Shown here one piece after another: positions 20,086 through 28,787 of a stretch of DNA of 64,000 nucleotides. Source of the DNA: Eubacteriales bacterium (GTDB taxonomy: Bacteria; Bacillota; Clostridia; Lachnospirales; Lachnospiraceae); the NCBI GenBank assembly GCA_030526005.1, contig JAUNDP010000010.1:8004-72003 (forward strand). The letters are read 5' to 3'. The translations under genes were made by a program, and so were the position numbers. The notes beneath the pieces are model-generated. The model did no database searches and was not told the origin of the DNA. It was given only the letters and a program-made list of their open reading frames with translations. Positions within the stretch are counted from its first letter, which is position 1. The number at the start of each line of letters is the position of its first letter.

Positions 20086-20255
20086 AACTAAAATCCTTTC
20101 ATTTTTTAACCTGTGAGGAGAACGTTAAAGCAAATCATAAGGAAATATAATTAAAACATATCATGGAAGTATGATGCAAATGTGATAGAGTAGACAAAAG
20201 GAACAAAAAATTATAAAATATGAAAATTTTTTTAGAACAGGAAGTGAAAAATCAC

Positions 20256-20284
20256 TTGACAATGTGACGAAACGACACTATAAT
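20256..20284 (+). promoter_or_regulatory. Sigma-A-type promoter of the T7SS-like operon
   Basis: TTGACA (20256-20261), a 17-nt spacer, then TATAAT (20279-20284), about 30 nt upstream of the first gene. Confidence 0.65.
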
Positions 20285-20315
20285 AAAAACAGAAACAGCG
20301 AAAGCAGGTGAGAAT

Positions 20316-21074
20316 GTGAAGGGACTGTCGGAATATCGCGACAGACGGATCTGTTCCTATTTGCTGGAAGATTCTGTTCATCTTTCCTATGCGGGATATT
20401 ACAGGATGAAGAAAAGCTCATTTCCTTTTTTGATTCCATGTCACAAAATTTTTTATGATGGGAAGATAAAACTGATTTATCAGACATCCAATCTAGTCTC
20501 CCTTCAGGAGGCAGCAGAGTATCTCACCGCCGAGCAGTGGGATGATGTGATGGAACAGCTCCGATGTGTTGTTTGGCAATTAAAGAAAAATCAGTATTTT
20601 CAATTTGGACAGCTGGAATTAAACACAGAAAAAATCTATATGAATCTTTATGATCATCAAATCTATATGATCTATTTGCCTGTATATCAAAAAGATCAGG
20701 CAATCTCAATTCGAATTCTTGAAGAAGAAATCAAAGAAGAGTTAGAAAAACTATATAAAATGTATCAAAAAGACACAAAAGAAATTGTGCTTCAAAGGAT
20801 CAGATCAAATCAAAATGAAAAATGGAGACTGAGCGCCCCTTTTTTTGTCGTCGGAAAACAAAAAGAAGAGGTACAAGGCTTTATAGCAGACAGCAAAGCA
20901 TTGAGCAGAAGACACTTTCAGCTGTTTTATGAGAAAAACCAATGGTGGATTATGGACTTAAACAGTCGGAATGGAACTTTTTTGAATAAGCGGAGGCTTG
21001 TTCCAAATCACGCATATGCCGTTTTTGAGGGGGATAAAATTGCTGCGGCAGACTGCGAATTCTGTCTGCTTTAA
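20316..21074 (+). CDS. FHA-domain protein with an N-terminal domain of unknown function
   Basis: The C-terminal 90 aa read VVGKQKEE...SRRHFQLFYEKNQWWIMDLNSRNGTFLNKRRL, so the FHA hallmark residues S-x-x-H and S-x-N-G are present, and K replaces the usual R after the conserved G. It has a GTG start with AGGTGA upstream. Confidence 0.7.
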   Translation: MKGLSEYRDRRICSYLLEDSVHLSYAGYYRMKKSSFPFLIPCHKIFYDGKIKLIYQTSNLVSLQEAAEYLTAEQWDDVMEQLRCVVWQLKKNQYFQFGQLELNTEKIYMNLYDHQIYMIYLPVYQKDQAISIRILEEEIKEELEKLYKMYQKDTKEIVLQRIRSNQNEKWRLSAPFFVVGKQKEEVQGFIADSKALSRRHFQLFYEKNQWWIMDLNSRNGTFLNKRRLVPNHAYAVFEGDKIAAADCEFCLL

Positions 21075-21095
21075 GGAGGATTTAGAGGGAATGAT

Positions 21096-22106
21096 ATGAA
21101 AAAAGAGAAAATCATTTTTGCTGATCCAGATCAGGAATATTTGAACTTTCTGGAAGGAATGGTCGTGCCGTACTTAGAAAGCGATACAGAGATTGTGATG
21201 ATCAGTGAGTTTTCCTATTTTCAGAAATATACAAATATATTAGAAAAAGAAGATCTTTTATTTGTCTGGAAAGAATGGGCTCAGGAAGTAGGAGAGATAA
21301 AAAATGACCATGTAATTTTAATCGGAGACACAGAAGAGTCTGAAAAAAATCTCTTTACAATGCCGCACAGCTGGGATGAAAGAGCGATAAAAGAACAGAT
21401 TCATGTCTTGAGAACAAAGATTCAGAAACAAGAAAAAGAGGCAAAGGAGACAAAAACACTGCTTATCTATTCTCCAATCGGCGGAAGCGGCGTCTCAGCG
21501 GCGGCCAGAGAAAGCGCAGAATATCTGGCGGAGAGAGGAGAAAAAGTATTTTTTATCGGAGCTGATACATGGCAGGACTGTCGCAAAATGGTGGAGAAAA
21601 GGCTGGATGAGACAGCGGAAGTTTTTTTTGCAGCGGGACAGAAAGGCGGATTCTCTGCCTGGAAACAGTGGATTTGCCATAAAAATTTTGATCTGCTTCC
21701 ACCCTTTCAACAATCGTATGTATGTCTGGGTCTTAATTTGGATTTCTTTAGAAAAATAGAGAAAGAAGTTCAGATGTCTGGGAGGTATGACTGGATTGTC
21801 GTGGAAATGGATCATGCATATGATGAAAGACTGGCACAATGGATGGCAGATGCAGATAAGATACTTTTGATTATCAGGCCGGGAGAAAAGTGGGAAGCGC
21901 TGATCCCTGTGATGAAGAAGAGTATGGCTTTGATTCCCAGAGAAAAATTTTGTTTTGTTTACAATTTTTTTGAGAGCAGTGACATGGAAGAAGATAAAGC
22001 CAGACAATTCGGATGGGACGGAGAGATCTTTTTAGGCGCACATGGTCAGACGAAAAAAGAATGGGAAGTGTGGAGAAAACGATTAGGGGAGGTCTTGTGT
22101 GAATGA
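21096..22106 (+). CDS. Receiver-like N-terminal domain fused to a MinD/ParA/CpaE-like domain with a degenerate Walker A
   Basis: The N-terminal ~110 aa (KIIFADPDQEYLNFLEGMVVPYL...VILIGD) resemble a CheY-like fold. LLIYSPIGGSGVSAAARESAEYLAERGEKVFFIGAD then resembles a MinD-type P-loop but has no Lys. This assignment rests on pattern only. Confidence 0.45.
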   Translation: MKKEKIIFADPDQEYLNFLEGMVVPYLESDTEIVMISEFSYFQKYTNILEKEDLLFVWKEWAQEVGEIKNDHVILIGDTEESEKNLFTMPHSWDERAIKEQIHVLRTKIQKQEKEAKETKTLLIYSPIGGSGVSAAARESAEYLAERGEKVFFIGADTWQDCRKMVEKRLDETAEVFFAAGQKGGFSAWKQWICHKNFDLLPPFQQSYVCLGLNLDFFRKIEKEVQMSGRYDWIVVEMDHAYDERLAQWMADADKILLIIRPGEKWEALIPVMKKSMALIPREKFCFVYNFFESSDMEEDKARQFGWDGEIFLGAHGQTKKEWEVWRKRLGEVLCE

Positions 22107-22380
22107 AAACAAGAGAATAGTCGCTATATTTCACTTTCTGGACGAAAAAGAAATGGATTTTGATTTTCCGTCCAGCATCACGGTAAAAGAATTATATGAA
22201 GGGTTGTGCGAGGGATTTCATAGGAAAACAGAAGAGGTGGAAGGACAGGAGATCTGTCTGCGGTCTGAAAATCCGATTGCTTTTCTGAAGGGCGATCACA
22301 TTTTGGAGGAATACCATTTAAAAGATGGAAGCATTCTTTTTCTTCCATTTTCATTTTCAGAATCAGGAGATAAAAAGTAA
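22099..22380 (+). CDS. esaB: EsaB/YukD-like small ubiquitin-fold T7SS protein
   Basis: 93 aa. DFDFPSSITVKELYEGLCEGF...LKGDHILEEYHLKDGSILFL parallels the EsaB/YukD pattern. The GTG start overlaps the preceding stop, and the gene lies immediately upstream of the EssC-like gene. Confidence 0.65.
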   Translation: MNENKRIVAIFHFLDEKEMDFDFPSSITVKELYEGLCEGFHRKTEEVEGQEICLRSENPIAFLKGDHILEEYHLKDGSILFLPFSFSESGDKK

Positions 22381-22382
22381 CA

Positions 22383-25300
22383 ATGGAATGGAAAATCTGG
22401 GTTTTCAGCAGAGGAAAATATGAAGAAAGAACGGAAGAAATTTATCATATAGGAGAGAAATATGGTGTCTGGATACAGGAATACGACGAAAAATTTTATC
22501 TGTGTACAGATCATGAATATTATATGACATCTAATTTTGTCATGAAAAAGACATGGTTTCCACTTCAGGAAAATGTACGCATTTTTATCTGTAAAGAAGA
22601 AACAGGACAGTGTATTCATAAGCTGTTTTTACAAAAACAAAATTCAAAAAGGCTGTCTTATGGGTATTATATTGAAATGCAAAAAGAGAAAACGCTGTAT
22701 ATTGGGGGAGCCGCCTTTTGTCAGATCAAAATCCGGGAATTAGATTTAGAAGGGAGATGGGCAAAAATCCAATGGAAGAAAGATGGATTTTTTGTATCTG
22801 GAAATGTATGGAATATGTACAGAAATGGGGTTCTCTTTCAAAATGAAATGAGAGTAAAAGAACATGACTTCCTGGAAATTACGGGACAGATGTTTTACTT
22901 TAAAGAAGATAAACTTTTCTTTGATTTGGATGAAACGACGGAATATAAGGATATCTGTATAAAGAAACAAACAGTGGAACGCTCTGATTATCCTGCCTAT
23001 ATTTGCAGGGCAAGATGGAATGAAGCATATCCAGATGAAATAATTTCTGTGGCAATGCCGGAAGACTTTCCAAAAAAACAAGAAAGCCGCCTCCTTCTTT
23101 CCTTGCTGCCAAGTCTGGGAATGATGGCAGTTATGATGCTAAATACAAACGGATCTCCCGGAAAAGGAGGTCTGTATCGAATTTCATTTGGAATAATGGC
23201 AATTTTGACAGCAGTAGTCACATGGATTTATGGAAAGCTGCATACAATATACAGACAGAGAAAATATATCCGACAATATCGTATTTATTTACAGAAAAAA
23301 GAGAGACAAATTGCTCAAAGCAGAAAGCAGGAGAAGAAGTTTTTAGAACGATATGAAAAAAGCTGGAGAGAACTGATAGGGGAGGTGAACGGTCTCTCAT
23401 GGGCATTATTTGAAAAAGATACAAAAGATTGGGATTTTCTATGGGTCAGGTTAGGGCAAGGAAAAATTGAGCCAAGACAGCATATTGAATTTCAACAAAA
23501 AGAGGAAGTGGCGCCAAAACATGGTCTCTGGGATGAAGCAGAGCAGATGATAGAAAGACAGAATAAAATAGAGCACGCTCCAGTGATTTTAGAATTACCG
23601 TCAGTGGGAAGAATAGGAATTACAGGGGAGTATCCGGAAAGAACACGCTTTTTAGAGATGATGTTGTTTCAGATTGCGTGCAGTCATTCAGAAGAAGATG
23701 TCAAAATCATTTTATTTGGCGGAGAAAATTCCATCAGGGAAATTTTGTGGATGCGTTTTTTGCCTCATATTCAGGGGGAAAGAGGAAAGCGCTGGATTGG
23801 ATGGGAGGGAAAGAGCAGGCAGGCGATTGCAAATAGGATACAGCAGGAGTTTCAGCTGCGTATGGCGGAAAAAAGAAAGATACCATCATGGATCGTCTGC
23901 TGTCTGGATGAATATCCGGAAGAATTATATTTCACAGGGAGCATAGAGACAGAAAAATGTGGAATTTATCTGATATTTTTAAGGACAGATTCCAGACAGC
24001 TGCCAAGAGGATGCAAAGAAAAGATCTGCCTGAATGGAAAATATGGCACAATAATAAGGAGGGGAGAGACAGAAGAAAGACAATTTCAGATTGATGTGCC
24101 AGAAAGAGCACAACTTGCCAAAGCAGCGATCACGCTCTCAGGGGCAAAAAGAAAAAGTGTGACAGCAAAAAGGAATCTGCCTGAAAAAATTACACTGTTT
24201 GAACTGATGGAGAAAAAAGATGGGGAAAAGTGGAGGAGCAAAAGACGATGGGAGGAAGAGTATGAAACTTTGCCTGTTCCGGTTGGGATTACAGAAAACG
24301 GGAGTATTTTTTATTTGGATCTGCATGAAAAAATACATGGTCCTCACGGATTGGCAGCTGGCACGACAGGATCAGGAAAAAGCGAATTGATTTTAACATA
24401 TCTGCTCTGTGCAGCCTTATCCTTTCCGCCATGGAGACTGCAGTTTTTAGTGATTGATTTCAAAGGAGGAGGGCTTGCAGGTCACTTAAAGGGAATTCCG
24501 CATCTTGCAGGAACAATCACGAATTTGGAAGAAGAACAATTGGACAGATCACTCTTATTCATTCGGGCAGAGCTAAAAAAACGTCAAAAAATATTGGCAG
24601 AGTCCGGATGTGTCCATGTAGATGAATATGAAAAACGATACAGAAAGAAGAGAACTCAGCAAAAACCGATGCCGCATCTGGTCATTGTTGTGGATGAATT
24701 TGCAGAGTTAAAAGCAGAACATCCAGAGTTTATGAAAGAACTGATCAGTGCATCCAGGATAGGAAGAAGTCTGGGAGTACATCTGATTCTGGCAACGCAA
24801 AAGCCATCAGGACAAGTGAGTGAACAGATCTGGAGCAATGCCAAATTCCGTCTTTGTCTGAAAGTACAGTCAGAAAGTGACAGCAGAGAAGTATTGCACT
24901 GTGCGCTTGCATCGCAGATTCATGAGATTGGAAGAGGGTATTTTCAAGTAGGAAATCAGGAGATTTTTTTATTATTTCAATCTGCATACAGTTCAGAAAA
25001 AATAAGTGCAGGCAAGAACAGAGGATTCCAGATTTTTTCTGTGGCTCCAGGAGGAGAACGCAGTCTGTTCTATGAAAGAAAAGAAAGGACTCAGAAAGAA
25101 GAGACACAGGCAGAAGAGATTCGAAGGGTCATCGAGGAAAAATGGGAAAAAGAATATAAGAGACCTCTTGATATGGTATGTCTGGAGCCATTAAAGAAGG
25201 AAATTTTCTATCCTCAAAAAGAGAGAAAAGAGAAGTGGAAAATACCAATAGGAATCTATGATGACCCCAAAAGACAGGCTCAGCCTGAGGCAATACTGGA

Positions 25301-26702
25301 ATTGGAAGAAAAAAATCTGTTGATTTCCGGCAGCATAGGATCAGGAAAGCTGAATTTGTTTTTTGTATTGCTTCGAGCTTTCTCAGAGCAACATCAGGAA
25401 GAAATGGAAATTTATATTGCTGATTTTGAAGAGCGCATTCCGCCAGCAGTGCAGAGACTTCCTCAAATAGGGGGAATTGTTTGCCAACAGGAGGAAGAGA
25501 AGCTGGAAAGTCTGATTGAAATGATGGAAGAAGAGCTGAACTTCAGAAAAAAACAGAGAGAATGGAGTGAGCAGGAAAAAACAGCAGAACCTGAGAAAAA
25601 TGAGTTGATTCTCATTTGGTTTTCTTATCTGAAATGGAAAAAGAAATATCCGAAATTGGAGGAACGTGCCAGCGCTATCTGGAAAGAAGGAATTCGTTTT
25701 CACATTCATACCATTATATTTCAGGAAGAAACAAATGGAATCGGACAAATACTACCTGGATTCGGATGCAGAATTAGCCTGTATCAGGAAGATATCAGTG
25801 TATACAGACAGCTGATCGACAGCGCAAGAGGAAAACTTCCGGCGATACCAGGGAGGGCTTTTTTTCAAAAAGAAAATGAATCCTTTTTGATGCAGATCTA
25901 TCTTGCATTCAGAGGGAAAACAAAAAAAGAGTACCTTTTGAATATGGAGGACTGGATTTGGACATGCAGAGAAAACATAAAAAAGAAGGCAAGAAAAATA
26001 CCAGAGATTCCAGAACAGTTACAGTGGGAAACGTATCCTGTATACAGAAAAAAAGGAGAAATCCCTGTAGCAGTGAAATTTAAACAGAAAGAGATTGTTT
26101 TTTGGTCGCAGTGGAAGAAAAAAATCACAGGCATCTGTGGGGAAGGACAGGATAAATGGATTGCCGCCATAGCAGATACATGGAGAATTTTTCAGGAGAA
26201 GATACAGATTTTAATCTTGGATGATTCAGACGGATCTCTTTCCTATATGAGGGAACATCCATATGTAAGTCTCTATACGAAAAGAGAAGAGGAGTTTTTT
26301 GATAAAGCTGCAAAAATAATAGAAGAGAAGAAAGAAGAAGCAGGGATCATTTTAAACGGTATGGAAGTGGTGGCAAATATTTCTGGAATGCCAGAACGAT
26401 ATCGGGTTATACAGGAGATCTCAAAAAAGAGTGTCATTCTTTGTACAAATTTAGAAAATCGTGCGATTCGATATCAAAGTCCGGAATTGCTTCAGGAAAT
26501 AAAGACAAGAGGCCAGATCTTATTTTTTGGAGAAAAAGTGGACTTTAAACTGGCAGAAATACCTTTTGGAGAGCTGAAACAGTGCAAAGACCGAAAAAAT
26601 AAATCTGAAATTTTTTACTGGGATGGTTCGCATCTGGAAAAATGGAAGATAGTGCTAAAAGAAACGGATTTATATTTAGAAAAGAAAGAAGGAGAAACAT
26701 GA
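22383..26702 (+). CDS. essC: EssC/YukB-type FtsK/SpoIIIE-family T7SS ATPase
   Basis: 1439 aa. It has an FHA-like N-terminal region and two TM helices (LLLSLLPSLGMMAVMML, ISFGIMAILTAVVTWIYG). Walker A is GLAAGTTGSGKSE (about nt 24360) and Walker B is LVIVVDEFAELK. Two further P-loop-like domains follow, with degenerate Walker A sequences. Confidence 0.85.
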   Translation: MEWKIWVFSRGKYEERTEEIYHIGEKYGVWIQEYDEKFYLCTDHEYYMTSNFVMKKTWFPLQENVRIFICKEETGQCIHKLFLQKQNSKRLSYGYYIEMQKEKTLYIGGAAFCQIKIRELDLEGRWAKIQWKKDGFFVSGNVWNMYRNGVLFQNEMRVKEHDFLEITGQMFYFKEDKLFFDLDETTEYKDICIKKQTVERSDYPAYICRARWNEAYPDEIISVAMPEDFPKKQESRLLLSLLPSLGMMAVMMLNTNGSPGKGGLYRISFGIMAILTAVVTWIYGKLHTIYRQRKYIRQYRIYLQKKERQIAQSRKQEKKFLERYEKSWRELIGEVNGLSWALFEKDTKDWDFLWVRLGQGKIEPRQHIEFQQKEEVAPKHGLWDEAEQMIERQNKIEHAPVILELPSVGRIGITGEYPERTRFLEMMLFQIACSHSEEDVKIILFGGENSIREILWMRFLPHIQGERGKRWIGWEGKSRQAIANRIQQEFQLRMAEKRKIPSWIVCCLDEYPEELYFTGSIETEKCGIYLIFLRTDSRQLPRGCKEKICLNGKYGTIIRRGETEERQFQIDVPERAQLAKAAITLSGAKRKSVTAKRNLPEKITLFELMEKKDGEKWRSKRRWEEEYETLPVPVGITENGSIFYLDLHEKIHGPHGLAAGTTGSGKSELILTYLLCAALSFPPWRLQFLVIDFKGGGLAGHLKGIPHLAGTITNLEEEQLDRSLLFIRAELKKRQKILAESGCVHVDEYEKRYRKKRTQQKPMPHLVIVVDEFAELKAEHPEFMKELISASRIGRSLGVHLILATQKPSGQVSEQIWSNAKFRLCLKVQSESDSREVLHCALASQIHEIGRGYFQVGNQEIFLLFQSAYSSEKISAGKNRGFQIFSVAPGGERSLFYERKERTQKEETQAEEIRRVIEEKWEKEYKRPLDMVCLEPLKKEIFYPQKERKEKWKIPIGIYDDPKRQAQPEAILELEEKNLLISGSIGSGKLNLFFVLLRAFSEQHQEEMEIYIADFEERIPPAVQRLPQIGGIVCQQEEEKLESLIEMMEEELNFRKKQREWSEQEKTAEPEKNELILIWFSYLKWKKKYPKLEERASAIWKEGIRFHIHTIIFQEETNGIGQILPGFGCRISLYQEDISVYRQLIDSARGKLPAIPGRAFFQKENESFLMQIYLAFRGKTKKEYLLNMEDWIWTCRENIKKKARKIPEIPEQLQWETYPVYRKKGEIPVAVKFKQKEIVFWSQWKKKITGICGEGQDKWIAAIADTWRIFQEKIQILILDDSDGSLSYMREHPYVSLYTKREEEFFDKAAKIIEEKKEEAGIILNGMEVVANISGMPERYRVIQEISKKSVILCTNLENRAIRYQSPELLQEIKTRGQILFFGEKVDFKLAEIPFGELKQCKDRKNKSEIFYWDGSHLEKWKIVLKETDLYLEKKEGET

Positions 26703-26992
26703 ACGGACAAATCAGAATAACACCAGAAAAATTAAGAGACAGAGCAAGAGAATATGGAATCCAGGCGGACGAACTGGGCAATGTAATTCAAAATATGGAG
26801 CAGCTTCTAGTTCGGCTGCAAGAAGAATGGGAAGGGGCTGCAAGCGATTCTTATGCAGTACGATATGAACAGTTAAAACCAGGCTTTTTAAAAGCGGAAG
26901 AGCTGATTCGTGAGATTGAAAAAGTACTGATCAGAACGGCAGATGCGATTGAACAGACGGATCTGGAAATTGCAGGGCAATTTATAGGATGA
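26699..26992 (+). CDS. esxA: WXG100-family protein (EsxA-like)
   Basis: 97 aa, predicted helical hairpin, with central W-E-G (LQEEWEGAASDSY, nt 26827-26835). The ATG overlaps the essC stop (ATGA). Confidence 0.8.
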   Translation: MNGQIRITPEKLRDRAREYGIQADELGNVIQNMEQLLVRLQEEWEGAASDSYAVRYEQLKPGFLKAEELIREIEKVLIRTADAIEQTDLEIAGQFIG

Positions 26993-27402
26993 TAGAAGGA
27001 AGAGACGGAGTAGAGCAGATGATCCGACAGCAGAAAAAAGAAAAAGAAGATGTGCAGGAACGGATCAAAAAATTATGTGCAAGATATGAAGATTTAGAAG
27101 CGATTGAATTGATCTATAAGAAAAAGAAGGAAGAATTTGAAGACAAAGTAATAAAAAAAAGACAGTGCGCTCAAAAAATCACAGAGTGTATACATTCGCC
27201 AAATGGAATCAAAAAGTTTGCTGAATGTATGGGAGAGGAACTTTATGGCAGCAATTATAAGAAAGCAGAAGAAAATATCATGCTGTTTTATGAAGAAGTT
27301 TTGAGAGAAAAAGAACGGATTTCAATTCAAATGGAAGAAGAAGAGAGAAAGAGACAAATGGTGGATCAAAAAATTATGTCTCTGGAGCGATTGATTGTGT
27401 GA
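26989..27402 (+). CDS. Small coiled-coil protein (137 aa), candidate T7SS accessory or targeting factor
   Basis: The ATG overlaps the esxA stop. The sequence is highly charged with heptad-like periodicity, and it has no TM segment or signal peptide. Confidence 0.5.
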   Translation: MIEGRDGVEQMIRQQKKEKEDVQERIKKLCARYEDLEAIELIYKKKKEEFEDKVIKKRQCAQKITECIHSPNGIKKFAECMGEELYGSNYKKAEENIMLFYEEVLREKERISIQMEEEERKRQMVDQKIMSLERLIV

Positions 27403-27412
27403 GGAAGAAGAC

Positions 27413-27706
27413 ATGGCAGAAGATATTATTGTGGCAGATGAAAATTTTCAGATGGCGTCTGAGATGATAAGAAAGTATGGAGAATTTCTAAACCTTCATC
27501 TGGGAGCATATGAGTGGATTTTAAATCAGGTGATCAACAGTGCAGTTCAAGATGAACAGATCACAGAAAAGCTTCAAAACATTTTGGAAAATGTGAACGG
27601 AATAAAAGAAGTAATAAAAAGTACTGCTGAAGTCATTGGACAGCAAAGCGTTTCTTTTGTGGAAGCGATTGATGAAGCAGATAAATTTCTATACGGAAAC
27701 AGATAA
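27413..27706 (+). CDS. Small helical protein (97 aa), WXG100-sized but without a WXG motif
   Basis: ATG 27413 has GAGG 8 nt upstream. An alternative TTG start at 27395 overlaps the previous gene. Confidence 0.5.
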   Translation: MAEDIIVADENFQMASEMIRKYGEFLNLHLGAYEWILNQVINSAVQDEQITEKLQNILENVNGIKEVIKSTAEVIGQQSVSFVEAIDEADKFLYGNR

Positions 27707-27707
27707 A

Positions 27708-27998
27708 ATGACAGAGATTCAAATACAATATCAAAAATTAAGAGATCATATAAGGGCATTGAGAAATCTTGCTGACCGCCTTGAGGATCGCAGTTTTGTG
27801 ACGACTCAGCTTTTAAATGAAAGTGCGGGAAACACATGCAGACAGTTAAATGAGACGTATCAGATCCTGTGTGAGGCAGAAAAAAGATTAAAAGATTTTA
27901 TATTACTTACAGCAGACTGGCTGGAACTGGCAGACGAGCTTTTTGAGGAAACGGAGAAAGATACGATTCGGGATACGGATCGTATCTTGCATTTTTAA
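27708..27998 (+). CDS. Small helical protein (96 aa), WXG100-sized but without a WXG motif
   Basis: The ATG lies 2 nt after the previous stop. The upstream part of the tracked ORF overlaps the preceding gene in another frame. Confidence 0.5.
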   Translation: MTEIQIQYQKLRDHIRALRNLADRLEDRSFVTTQLLNESAGNTCRQLNETYQILCEAEKRLKDFILLTADWLELADELFEETEKDTIRDTDRILHF

Positions 27999-28013
27999 AG
28001 GGACGAGGAAGAA

Positions 28014-28718
28014 ATGAGAAGGAGAAAAAACAAATGGGTTATTTTGACCGCAGTAGGAGCCGCGATCCTACTTTTCGGATGTGCGGAACAAAAAAGAGAG
28101 GATACAACGATGCAGGAGCAGAATAATTTTTTTGAGATACAAAGAGAGATGGAACAGTATCTCACAGCGAAATATGGAAGAATACAATACAAGATTACGG
28201 GAATGGTCTGGAGATTTTGGAATCAGCAATATGATCAGATGAATTTTGAGACAGAGACGGATGGAAGAAAAGAAATGTGCTGGGTGAGACGATATGAAAA
28301 AAACGATCAGGTCTTTTTTTCAGACAGTTATTTTGGATTGTGTATCCGACAGGAATATGAAAATAAAATGCAAAAAAGCGCCGAGATTGTCTTTCCCAAA
28401 GCGAAAGTAGTATCTTTTCTGAATGAGACAGAATTTTCTCAGGCGGTTGAAAAGACGGATGATCTCAAGAAAGCCAAGGAAAAAGGAGAGAAAATTCGTG
28501 CTGTCAGCTGGATTATTGTAACGGGGATAGAAGAAAAAGAGCTGAATGAAAAGGCGATGCAGTTTCAAAAGATATGGGAGAAAGAACAGATGGAAAGCCT
28601 GATTTCATTTTTCCTGGTGGAAACATCCGACTTTTTATCATTTGAAAGAAAGGATACAGAAACTTTTATAAAAGATCACCGATATCAGGCACAGCATGTA
28701 TGTTACATATCAGAATAA
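28014..28718 (+). CDS. Lipoprotein (234 aa), candidate immunity protein
   Basis: MRRRKNKWVILTAVGAAILLFGCAEQ is a basic n-region, a hydrophobic core and an LFGC lipobox. Confidence 0.7.
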   Translation: MRRRKNKWVILTAVGAAILLFGCAEQKREDTTMQEQNNFFEIQREMEQYLTAKYGRIQYKITGMVWRFWNQQYDQMNFETETDGRKEMCWVRRYEKNDQVFFSDSYFGLCIRQEYENKMQKSAEIVFPKAKVVSFLNETEFSQAVEKTDDLKKAKEKGEKIRAVSWIIVTGIEEKELNEKAMQFQKIWEKEQMESLISFFLVETSDFLSFERKDTETFIKDHRYQAQHVCYISE

Positions 28719-28787
28719 AACAATTTTTATAAAGAGAAAACGAAACTGCTGTATAGAAGGATACAACAGAAAAAGGCGGGGAGAAAA

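Noticed and set aside
27413-27998. Search for FxxxD- or YxxxD/E-type T7SS export motifs in the small helical proteins
   Set aside because: Only near-misses were found (FVEAID, LFEETE), with no exact motif at the expected position. Nothing is claimed.
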